DNA from: Leidyana gryllorum EB-2025a
Lineage: Eukaryota; Protista; Apicomplexa
Reading direction: 5' to 3'
NCBI GenBank assembly: GCA_048772705.1
Contig: JBLWGC010000213.1
Coordinates: forward strand, 401,952 to 465,951
Length of the DNA: 64,000 bases
Below, piece after piece: positions 36,598 to 48,112 of this stretch. Made by a program: the position numbers and the translations under genes. Under the pieces are notes generated by a model, which was given only the letters and a program-made list of their open reading frames with translations, searched no databases and had not been told where the DNA came from. Positions within the stretch are counted from its first letter, which is position 1; each line of letters opens with the position of its first letter.

Positions 36598-37468
36598 ATG
36601 GCCATCGGAAAGAACAAACGCGTCAGCAAGGGCGGCCGCAAGGGCTCCAAGAAGAAGGTTCTCGATCCCTTCAGCAAGAAGGAATGGTATACCACTAAAG
36701 CGCCCTCCATGTTCGCCATCCGCAACTTCGGCAACACTCTCTGTACTCGTTCTCAGGGAACCAGTAAGTCCTTAATGCCCAGCACGTCAGACATTTCTCA
36801 TTAGAAATCGCCGCGGATTCGCTGAAAGGCCGAGTGTACGAAGTGAACCTGGCTGACCTCCAGACTTACGATGGTGCTGGCCACCGCAAGGTCAAACTCT
36901 GCTGTGAGGACGTTCAGGGCCGTAACTGTCTCACCGACTTCCACGGCATGGACATAACCCGCGACCATCTCTGCTCTCTCATCCGCAAGTGGCACACTCT
37001 GATCGAGGCCACTTGTGATGTCAAGACTCTGGACGGCTACCAACTCCGGATGAGCTGCATCGCCTTCACCAAGAGAAAGTGAGTGGGTCGCCCGATTAAC
37101 TTGTTCATATCTTTCCCCACAGAGCTACTCAACAGAAGGCCACTTGCTATGCTCAGAGCTCCCAGATCCGCGCTATCCGCGCCAAGATGGTCAAGATCAT
37201 GGACGAGGAGGCATCAAAGTGCCTTTTGAGAGATCTCGTCAAGAAGCTCATCCCCGGTGCTGTTGGCAAACAGATCGAGAAGAGCTGCCGTCGCGTCTTC
37301 CCTCTTGAGAGCGCCTGCGTCCGTAAGGTCAAGGTCATCAAGAAGCCTAAGGCCGATATCGCCCGTTTGATGGAGCTCTACCAAGATACTGCCGAGGAAG
37401 CTCGGGCTGGCGCTGCTGAAGCTGCCGATGCTCAGAACCTCCTCACTGCTGGCGTGGCCGCTCAGTGA
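36598..37468 (+). CDS. RPS3A: 40S ribosomal protein S3a / eS1 (3 exons)
   Basis: [31 protein letters not shown]..., [23 protein letters not shown]. Confidence 0.97.
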
Positions 37469-37585
37469 AGTTCTTTTTCTGTGTCATGCTTTGTGCGCAT
37501 TCTAACCCCAAACTGACCAGCTGGGCTTCGAACGGAATCGTAGTGGTTCTTGCGAAGTTGTTTGCGGCACACACCTAATGTGGAG

Positions 37586-39193
37586 CTAGATGGACAGATG
37601 CAAGGACACAGCGCTGTCAGGAAATAATTCCTTCAACGGGGTGTTCGTCACTTCGTTAGTGCCGCTGAGTATGACATAGTAGTTCTTCGCCCCCAAGATT
37701 CGTGTGATAGTTCGGCTGACAAACACGTCTTTATGGGGGCCGTGCGGGCTCTTACTTACTATGGAGGCTCGCGGAGCGCGATTTGCGGTCTCGTAGCCAA
37801 GGGCGGGATGATAGCCTGTAACATATCTTCATCGCGGTGCAACCAGCGGAACACAGCCTGGAGTGGTGTCGATGTGTGTGCGGTCCATCCGTATCTACAG
37901 CCTTACTTCCATTGTGCAATCTGCTGGGAACGTTCTCATCACTTTTTTGCCGTTCGGCGTGGTGATGCGAACACGAATGCCTCCCTGCGCTGGTTCAGCA
38001 GGGGGCGGGGGAAGGGACTGGTGTATGCGATGGCCAAACAATCGGTGGTGACACCCTTCTCACTCTGCAGTATTCTATAGAACTCATTAGTAGAGCTTGA
38101 GCTAAGTCTGGATCTTCGTCGCCCATCGCGCCAAGCGCATTGGCATCGGGGGTTCCCCTCAGTGTCCTGTGGTGTATTGTAGGATCGGGGGCAAGTCGAC
38201 CGGACCGGAACTCACTGTCCAGTGCCAGTGAACTCGCGTATCTCAGGAGTCTCCGCCGCCGATGCTCCTGCGTCTGCGCAGGCCCCGGGGGCAGGCGCAC
38301 GGAAGTCTTTATCCGTCAGTTCTGTGGGCGGCGGGAGATTAGATTCCAGCAGAGGGCTGGAACGGGATCTTACTATGACAGGCTGAGATAGTGAGGTACA
38401 CAGATCCTTTGACAGGTGCCGTGGGATCGCGTATGCGGGGAAGGGTTGGATGACGTTGCGGTTGGGGTGGCGGCAACTCCTCGCGGGGCCAATTCTCATG
38501 TCGCACAACGAATACAGTGTAGTTCTGAGCTCTCAACGAGTCCACCAGTCCTCTGTTCCGGGGTGTCGGAGGGCATCTTTGAGACAGCTTACGTCAAAGC
38601 CGACTCGGCCACGACTTCAGGCGCTGGTCTCAAACTATCGAGTCGCCACCACCGACCATTGATGAGCCGCAAAGCAAACCAATGTTCGTTCAAATTACAG
38701 ATGAAAGCGTCCTTATACCTGGGCGAGGGGACGATGCAGTCAGTCAGTCATAGGTCTCCAGATGGACATTTCTCACTTGACAATGTTATGCTGCACTTCT
38801 TGCATCGCAGGATTAGCTAAAGGTATGACCCGATACTGTCGGCGTTGCATACACGTCGCCAAGACCTGTCTCGACAGAGTGAGCACACGCGGAACGATGA
38901 ACGCACATCAATGGAGAAGAAGCCGTCCCAGGAAGCATTCGAATAGCCCTCAAATGACGTTTGGCCAGTCAGTCGCGACTCTTGGCGATCAAGGTTCCGC
39001 CCGACGTGCTGGGCCTCAGCTTCAGTTACCTCCGGCCCCTGTGATTGACGCGCATCAGGTGCAAAGTCCATATACGGACCTGTAATAGGTTATTGACGCA
39101 ATGCAGCCCACACATCCGGTCGCGGCCTTGAGTCTCAAAGTAGACGACGTCATCTCTGTCATCGCTGCCATACAAGCCTACCACCCTCCCCAT
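37586..39193 (-). CDS. Ataxin-3-like deubiquitinase: Josephin domain, UIM and C-terminal UBX-like domain (multi-exon)
   Basis: VYFETQGRDRMCGLHCVNNLLQG, AFICNLNEHWFALR..WWRLDSL, UIM DEDPDLAQALLMS, and spliced C-terminal exons IRVRITTPNGKKVMRTFPADCTMEAVFRWL..PLKELFP. Confidence 0.85.
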
Positions 39194-39227
39194 GTTGGTG
39201 TTGAGGGTTTAATTTTTTGAGATACCA

Positions 39228-42200
39228 ATGAATGACCCCTCTCAATGGACAACCCCCCCCACCGCTGATTCAACACCAGCCAATGTAGATCAGTCGCCAA
39301 CTCCGACAATCTTGCCAAATACAGAAGATCCCGGGCGATCGCCCGAAGGCTCCACTATCTCCACCGGGAGCAAGATCATCTTGCTTCCGCCACCAGCTCA
39401 GCCATCGGCGGCGTCGTCGGCATCACCTTATAGTCAGCCGCCCACAGAGAAGGAGAACTCTTGCTATCAATGGGTTCGCGATTGGACTGATGCGGGCAAT
39501 CTTGAGCACCAAGCTATGGATGCCTCTGACTCAGCTGGAGCGGGCAGAGGAGGCGGCAATGTGACCAGTGAAACTGTTTGTCTGCTGCAACACTCTTTGA
39601 ATTGCGTCTTGGAGGTAACAGGAAGATGTGGAATGCTTGCACCAACCTGAGTCGGAACAGGAATGTTCTCCCCGACACGTTGATTTTGATGGGCTCGGAA
39701 CCCAATTGAGCCATTTGTATTTACTCTTATTGTGTATTTCTATTTCAAAAGATGCAACTCTGGCTGCTCTGAACCCGAACGTTTCCAAGTCGTTCCGGGA
39801 TGTGAGCGCCGAGGTGCGCACTAGATGTACTCTTCCCATCAAGGTACGACCCTCCTGTCTCCGACCTCCACACCCATCCGAGACAGGTCGGAAGATACAA
39901 ATCGTCATTGAGGGAGGCAGAGGCCACCGATTCTAACCCTGATAGAGTGCCTCCCGTAATTCGCGAGAAGGTCGAGAGATGTAAATCGGTATTGATGCTG
40001 GTAGAGAGCTTGTGGGCGAATGTGGGCCTACAAGCGGACGACCACTCGGGAACTTTCGTCGGGTCCCGCCCGAAACCGGACCGTAACTTCCGGATCGAAG
40101 CGAACGACACTGATGCGACTGCTACCATCACCAAAGGGGACGCCACACCCTCTCTAATGTACACAATACCACTCAAGTGCGACAACCCTCTCTGGCAGCG
40201 GTCGCGCTTGTTGAACATCCTCCAACGACATTCGTCGCGTGAGTTCACTGCTGCCTTGCGACCACGATTCTGGACCAGAAACCGGAGCACTGCGCCTTGT
40301 GCTGCCTCGTTTGCTGGATTCGGTTGCCACCGTCCTCCAATCTCCCATATTCGAAGGTCGTATAGGGTGTTCACCGGACACTCCCTCCCTACAGTTTCGA
40401 ATCGGTCACTTCTCCTCCAAGGAACTCATGCTGGCAGCCGCTCGGTTGAGCTCTACCTGGGCTGCGAGTCTCTCTCCATCCTCATCGAGAGCCGAATATT
40501 TAACCCAACATGAGCGTCTGCCCTCCCTAAAGACCGGAATCGGCCCTGTCGTGCATGAAATTCTGCTTGATGAACAGCGACGATTCAGTCAAGCACTTGA
40601 AGTAGCCCTTATGAGTAACTTGAGTCGCCGATACGGCTTAAGTTCGTGAGTATAAATGCTTCGGGCCAGATCGATATCAGCACTTTAGAAGGTGGAGCAG
40701 CTTCCTGATGCGAACGCTGACGTCGTACTTGCATTTCGTCATTCTGCTTATATCCCGCTCAGAACGGCACCTTCGAGCCCTCGAGGCAATGCGTCCACTC
40801 ATGGAGGGTGTGCTCAGACGCATTCGCACTCTGGCTGTCCCGGCACTCGACGTGATCACCCGCACTCCCTTCACTTCCGGAGCCGAAGAGCGCCCACGGC
40901 GTCTGTCGTGGGCTCGCGTGAGCACCCGAGTGCCTGGAGCGGGGCCACCGGATGCTGCAGGTAGCGACGCAGCCCATAGGGCTCGATCCTTGTCAGAGAC
41001 GTCCGGGACATCACTGTTGCTGGATTATCTCCAACCACTGGCGACGTCTGACGGGCCGCTTTTGTATCTCTCGAAGAAGGCAATGCCCGCGGTGAGAAGC
41101 CAACAACCTCCCGAGATTACGTCTCCCAGGAAGCACGGCCGGACGTGAACTTACTCGACTCTACTACTTCCTGCTTGACTGGGTTCTGCATACTGAGTCC
41201 CAGTACAGTGGCTTCAGCCACCGCACTCTTTCGCCAGGTTGGGCATCCCCTGGAGGCTTGGGTGCTGATTTGCATTCTGGAGGCCCAGCCTGACGTCTGC
41301 GAGATACTCGGTTCATCGGCACTGGTGAGTGGAGTACCGCGGATTTGATGATGCATCCATCGGTGGGGCAGAACGACAGGAAGGGGGCGAACGCTGCCGA
41401 TCAGACAGAACAACTAGTTGACTGGCTGACGCAGTGTTCTCAAGAAGGCGCGTTGATGTTCGACCAACGGTTGGGCCGCGGCACTCTTTCAGTGGACGGA
41501 ACGTTTATTGAGGGCAATCGCTATGAAGATTTCTTGCTGAAGGGCGAGTACATTTATCGCGTCTTATCGTTGCGCTTCTGTCAACTGTGTGTCGAACGGC
41601 ATACGCTTTCAACTGCAGATCTGCTGGTCACTCTTGATGCACAGATGAACAATCAAGAGAGTGTATGGGGCAGCACCATTGTCCGACTCGTCGGAGACGT
41701 GGTACTGACTACGATCTGTAAGCTCTCAACTTTTTATTACAGTCCATCGCTTCTCAGTCGAGAATGGAATCCCGGCTACTCTGCTCCCCGAGGGCAAAGG
41801 CCCCACCACCCGATCAAAGTGTATCGACACAACGATGACTGTTGAGGAGCTCCGACTGGCACGACAACAGGCCAACACGCGGGTGATGGTGTCGGTGCTC
41901 AGTGCAACTTTGCAGTTGTTGTTGGAGCACGAACAGAAATCGCAGTCTACACTCAGAGATATGAAAGCGGATGTGACTCTGCATTCAACGAGTCTGGCAG
42001 CCATACTACAGCGACTGTCGACAGCTGAGTCTGGATTGACCAATTCTCTTGAGGGTCCGATAGCCCGGCATTCCAACCAAATTAAGTCTCTCATTGATCG
42101 TTTCGACTCCACCAGCGTTGAGATGCGGCGAATGCAGGGAATGACTTCCACTCAACATGCAGCTCTTACTAACAGAATCAACGAAGTGCGGAGAAATCTA

Positions 42201-43952
42201 CAAAACTTGGAGATCAGAGTTACAAACTCGGAGCGAGCGCCTCCGACTTCGGATCTCACTTCCTCACAAGCCGACGCTCAGCCTCAAGTATCGTTGTCGG
42301 AGAAGGACAACGCAGCTGTATTGGTGAGCTGTCTATTCTATTTGTCGCTGCCTTGTATAGGGGACGTAGAAACTGGAGGAGATGGTGAGAGAATGTGTGG
42401 AGAGTACGGGATCGCTACAACGAGATTTCACCACACTCAAACAAGTGATGATCGATGAGATGGAGAATAGGTTGTCGGACAAAATGGCAAATATGGAGAC
42501 AGCGAAAGGAGCTCTGGTGGACAGTGTGCAGGAGACACTGGCAGCCGTACACGCCGACTTTGCCCAGTTGCGAAGTCAATTGGAGGCAGCGCAGCGCGCC
42601 ACGTTGAGTGAAACGATGAAGAAGCTGCAGGCTCTGTCCACCTCGGTTCAAGACATCGCTGGTCACGCCGATGAGGCCACAACAATCGCTGGGCGTGTTT
42701 ATAAGGTATCTTTAGATAGGGTTTGACTAATGCTCTCTCACAGCCACAACAACTGTTGGAAATGGCTGACAGACGTTTCGTGGAGATGATCGCGTCGGTC
42801 GATGAGCGATTCGCTCGATGGGCTTCATCACAAGATATTGACCAGTTGCGAGCTTCCGTGGAGAGGATGGAAGAGCACTTATTGTCGATGGAAACCAAGA
42901 CGCGGATAACAGAGAGTGCGTTGGGGGGAAATGATAAATGGGGGGCGATCCTTGCCAGCAAATTCCGGGAGCTGGAGCGGCGCCTTGAGAGCGAACTCGA
43001 ACGGGAGTCGAGTACCCGGGCTGAGGATTTGTTGCAGGGATTGCAGAGTTTGCAGAAGCGTCACGAAGAAGAACGAGGTGCAGCCGCGGAGCAACAAAAG
43101 GCAGCCATGAACGACGCGCTGGTTGCCCTGAAGAAGAAAATCAAGCATGAGTACCTGGCGCAACTGATAGCGAAGATCGACAATATACAAACTCAAGTCG
43201 ACGCCATGGGGTCCAGCTTTGGGCACCCTCGTTGTGACGAAACTTTGCAACATATGAACGAGCGGGTGGAAGACGGCTTCATATCTACCAAGGATGAGCT
43301 GAACAAAGTTCAGTGGGAACTCGCCGATGTTCGGCGTACCATGGACACGATGCTATCGGCCTCCATGGCGGAAATACAATCCCTCAGGGCGGAGTTGGAG
43401 AGGCTGCGACGAGAGAGAAAGGCCCAGACCGAGGAACGAGACGGCAAGATCCGTTCGCTCGAAGGCTTGGTTGAGGTGAGCCGAGCTCGCAGGGCGGGGG
43501 ATCTGGCAACTGACGACACTTGCTTGCTGACAGCGGTCGAGAGTCGAGATGAACGATGCAGTCAATCAGATCGGCGAATTGCGCACGAGGATGAAATTGA
43601 TGAACGATCACAAGGGCCGAAAGTTACACTTTTGGGCTGGGTCCCGTCGTGACACACCCCGATCCGACCGCCCCAGCTCGTTTGGCTCGAGCTCGAAATT
43701 CATTTTGGAAGGCGTACCCCCCACAGAACTATCACCCACGACTTCTCCATATATGGTGAGTGAGGTGTGGTGAGACTGACGCTTTCTAAGGTTTCAGTCA
43801 ACCCTTTGTCAAACTTCGATTGTAACTCCTCAACGAATAAGAGATCAAGGTCGGGCCTCCTTTCACCTATACCAAGCATCGAGCGCTCAGACGGAGGACC
43901 TAACAGGCAGCCACCGCTCCCGAGCCCGCGCAATGACCACCAGCCATTGTGA
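39228..43952 (+). CDS. Large multi-exon hypothetical protein with long C-terminal coiled coil
   Basis: Chain of plus-strand ORFs joined by GT-AG introns; heptad-rich E/L/Q/R sequence at 41835-43600. No recognised domain. Confidence 0.55.
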
Positions 43953-43953
43953 T

Positions 43954-45938
43954 CTATTCAGTAGTGGATAAACGCGGAGGAGTGGCCGTGACGTGGCGTG
44001 TTCTCGAGCGCAGAAGCGGTAGTCTCTCTGCCTCCTGCCGTCTCATACGCCATAAATTATTCGCTGTTGTCGCCACCCACACCAACAAGCCAGTCGCAAA
44101 TAGTATCAACATGACTGCCACTGCAGGAGTGTTGGAACAGAGAACCGCTTCAATGGACCTACCAGTTCTGCGCATGGGCCACGAGGACGGCTCCAAACGC
44201 GGTGAGCACTGATCCATTGTGCCACCATAGGACGCTGTGGAGCGTCCCATTCCGATGGTACGGTTTTCGATATCCAGAGTAGTGTAGAAGCTCCGTAAGA
44301 ACGGAGCCCCTAATATAACGGGGACTGGTAGATCGGCGTGCCCTCGTTGAATTGCTAATTTCCAAGTTTTACCGCCCACTCGACCTAGACTCACCCAAAC
44401 GACAATGATCAGAGCTGGCTTCTCTGAGCAACAGGTCATCTGCGGGAAGACAGATCGAAAAATAGGATTCACTGTTCGCCTCAGCGAAAGTGAGCTGCAA
44501 CATGGGCAGCGATGTCTCCCGATAGATTATAGTATGGAGCCACCGTTGCAGCCACGAGCGACATGGACACCACTGCCAGTATCGATTTCGGTATCTCTTG
44601 CCGCAATGAACCCACCATGACATGGTCACTCGACACCGAGCACTGAGACGCGACCACTTGCAGCTGAGCGGCCCAGCTATCCCAGAGATCTTGGCGGAAG
44701 ACGATCAAGCTGGTACCTGACAGCGATAATGCGTGTGCGAGCCTGTTCCTTGCGCCGCTCGGGAAGCTCACCCGTATCTACCAGAGCGGGAGCACCTCCA
44801 CCGTACCTCCGTTCTCTAGTCAAGTCAACCTTGAATCCTGTGCCAGCCAGCGCTTAAAGGGTTCATTGCCGACCTCCTTCCAACTGCCGCTTACCTATAG
44901 ATAACAGCGACGTGAACCATCCATCTCCGAATCCAGGAGGCTGTGACGTCCACCGCACCGAACCTCGACTGTATATCGACCATTCTGCCACTCGTTGACT
45001 TTTGTGCAACAGAACGGCTTACTTGGATCTCCCAGCACCATGGCCGAGGTCTGCTGGTTCCAAACTCCTTCTTGCCATTCAACATATTTTCTTGGGCCTA
45101 TCTGGAAATGGACAGATGACTGATACGGGGCTCACTGACGATGCGCGGGGGTCGTGTCTTCAGCAGCTTCGGCGTGAACAAGGTGTAGTAGAACGAAATG
45201 AACTTTGACAACTTTGGTGCCTTGTCGAAGACGACCTCTGAGGGAGTGGCAGTGCGGCATACAAGCACACCGACGTACCGACGAACGATGTACCGGGTCG
45301 AAAAAGAGGTAATAATCCGCCTTCTGCTTCAGAGAGACCCAGCCCTAAAATCCCATCTGCAATCATAACTGTTCTTGGAGACGAGTAGTCCACGACCCGA
45401 TTGAACTTCTGGTCATCTACAGTGACATAAACTCTCTTCCCCTGCAGATTGCCGACCGAGCTCTTTCCTTGTAAGCTTAGTGTGTCTCGCACACCACAGG
45501 CCTCCACAACGGTACCATCCCCATAACGCAATCTTCGACGATCACCTGTGACCACACTGGTAGTTGAGCTTCTCGTAGCGTTGTACAAACTTCTTCGAAC
45601 AGGAAGAAATACGTCGGACCAAGGTAGATTGTCCAAAACAGGAGACGGCGGACAACTTCGAGTGCGGCGGCCGTAAGCTCCTGGGCGCAAGCATTCAACC
45701 CCTGGCAACCTGAAAATCAAATACAGTTCAATCACCCAATGAGTCAGTCTTACCAAACATCGCGAGACCCTGTATCCGGGATAACAGTGAACCATTGTCT
45801 CTCTGCACCCTGACCCGCTGCTACTCTGGCAAGATACTGCGCATTGAAAGCATTCAACAGAGGGACGACGACGCTGAGGGGGAGTAGGATCAAACCAGCC
45901 AGTGCTTACGTCTCCCCTTGGCCTCTCGGCCCTCCCAT
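43954..45938 (-). CDS. Pepsin-like (A1) aspartic protease with C-terminal transmembrane helix (multi-exon)
   Basis: NAFNAQY..FTVIPDTGSRDVW, flap YGDG, DGILGLG, second DTG|TSLI split by an intron, VILGAPFLRSFYT, TM AVAVMLILFATGLLVWV. Confidence 0.88.
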
Positions 45939-45994
45939 CGCACACTACTCCAAAAATTCATCCGTCACCTTCCATCCCTCATCTCGGGCACAGA

Positions 45995-46935
45995 ATGAAC
46001 GTCTTCCGCCTTTGTGGAGACATGCTCCACCTTCTGTCCATCTTCCTCTTACTATGGAAGTTGAAGAAATCGAAGAGTTGTGTGGGTAAGGGTCACCGAC
46101 ACCGCGACATCTGTGCAGGAATCTCGTGCAAGATGCAGGAGATGTATCTTCTGGTGTTCCTCACCCGATACCTAGACCTCTTGTTCAGCTTCATCTCCGT
46201 TTATAACTCAGGTGAGATCGAGTCTCAAGATTAAGTTGGTACAGTGCTGCTTCCAGTGATGAAAGTCGTCTTTATCTTGAGCACGGCATATCTGATTTAT
46301 CTGATGCGCTTTCAACCGCCGAGTAAGTAACGAACCGGAAACGAGCAGCTCTCTCCAGTCAGTGAAACCTACGATCGCAATGCTGACAAGTTCCCATATG
46401 TGTTCTATGTGCTGCCAATATGTGCGATTCTGGCTGCTGTAACGACTGAATCTTACCGACTTCCGGAAGTTTTGTGGACCTTCTCCATCTGGCTGGAAGC
46501 TGTTGCTATTCTACCTCAGCTAACACTTCTGCAGCAGCACCGAGTGGTAAGTGCATATTACATCTGTGGCTCTGTATACTCCCTCTCAAGGTGGAGAATC
46601 TCACAGGAAACTATGTCTTTGCGATGGGGCTCTATCGATTCTTCTACATACTCAACTGGGTAAGCCAGATGTTTCAAAGCCGGGACATGACTGGTCGCAG
46701 ATATATCGATACTTCACCGAAGGATATGTCAACTGGGTGGGATGGGTGAGTCTTGTAATCGGGCGAACTTTCAGTTGAGTGTGCTGCAGAATGGTGGTTT
46801 GGTGCAAGTTGCTCTCTTCGCGGACTTTTTCTACTACTATTGGCAGAGGTAGGACGTAATGCCGAGCTGCGCGAATTTGTCTTCAGCAAGGTGCATGGCG
46901 AAAAGCTGGTTTTACCATTTTCTAGCGAAGTCTAA
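45995..46935 (+). CDS. ERD2: ER lumen protein retaining (KDEL/HDEL) receptor (multi-exon)
   Basis: MNVFRLCGDMLHLLSI..GISCKMQEMY..TRYLDL..LWTFSIWLEAVAILPQL..YRFFYILNW. Confidence 0.96.
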
Positions 46936-46976
46936 GAGTGTCAGTAATCCTTTTTTCGGACTGCTAGGCTAACTGG

Positions 46977-47499
46977 ATGGAGGTAACTGCAAGCATAGTC
47001 TGAGAAACTGCTCAACCACTCCAATGTCAGGCGAAACTACCCAATTGTGTGTTGAAACGTTGGGATACTTGGACACGGAACCCCGCTGCTTTCTCCAAAT
47101 CGGTTTTGACCTTTGCCAGAGTCCGCCGTCCGTCGAACGCCTACGTCGCCGGAGATGTTTCTGCACCAGATGGGCTGGGTATGGGCAGAGAAAGCGACTC
47201 TATGAGCATCAATCCAACAACATCCTTCAATATCGCGTGAGTACATTATCCACCCACCAGTCAACTCCAGGGACAGGTGGCACAGGCGGCTGGCGGGTGG
47301 AGGAAACGCTCTGACATCCGACAGTGACCAGCTGGCCACCTTACATGCGGCCACGATACTCCAGAACATACTGAGATCCGCCGCTCTCGACCCTAACTTT
47401 GCTCAGGAACCAACCCGCTATCCCAGTACGTCCTTCCTAACACCAGATGAAGTACATACATCCACAGTGCTCGAGCAACTGTTGAACAAGTTGACTTAG
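46977..47499 (+). CDS. Small hypothetical protein (spliced)
   Basis: ATG after a T tract, two intron-like GT..AG segments and an open frame ending ..VLEQLLNKLT*. No recognised motif. Confidence 0.35.
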
Positions 47500-47548
47500 A
47501 CAAAATCCACACTTGCTGCTGCGGGGTAGAAAGCAAGAAGCAACTGCG

Positions 47549-47819
47549 TCAAAGATCTTCCAACTGCAGTTCCAATGCATGCAACTTGGCAATTTCGTCT
47601 TTGATCACATTATGGACCCTTCGGGAGCGTTCCAATCGAGTCAGACCTACGACCATTCCATAGTGGTATGAAGTTATGATCAAAATCACCTGCAAACTGC
47701 TGAGACCGAATCAATACATGACAGCTTGCACCACAACCTCGTGATGTGTCGACTACCTTAACTTCTCCGTCCTTGAAATGATTTTGTAACCTCTCTCTTA
47801 TCTCAGCCACCACGTCCAT
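47549..47819 (-). CDS. BolA-like protein (2 exons)
   Basis: Spliced: ..VVDTSRGCGASCHVLIRSQQFAGLTRLERSRRVHNVIKDEIAKLHALEL..; BolA2-type pattern. Confidence 0.88.
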
Positions 47820-48112
47820 CTTCTCTAGACTCGCTAACCAGGAAAAAAAAAGCGTGTTTATTCAAAGTGAGGTGTCGAGACTCGTGCCACCAACTAGGTG
47901 CCGAACTCGGCCTCAGTCACAGCTCCCAGTCCGCTCAGTGTGTGCTCAAACTAATGCAAAGCGATCTGACGACGGAGACAGTGGAAAGGAGATCTTGGGC
48001 TTCCAAGTGCCCGTGTACCCGGTGTGTGACATTCATGTGAATCGCAGGATCGGACTCAGAGTCGATGAGTGACTATAACGCACATTGTGCTAGTTAATCA
48101 AAAAAAAGCTCC

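Noticed and set aside
37745-37930. U1 snRNA-like TACTTAC and TTCCATTG motifs in an apparent gap
   Set aside because: They are reverse complements of intron donors and exon sequence of the minus-strand UBX-encoding exons.
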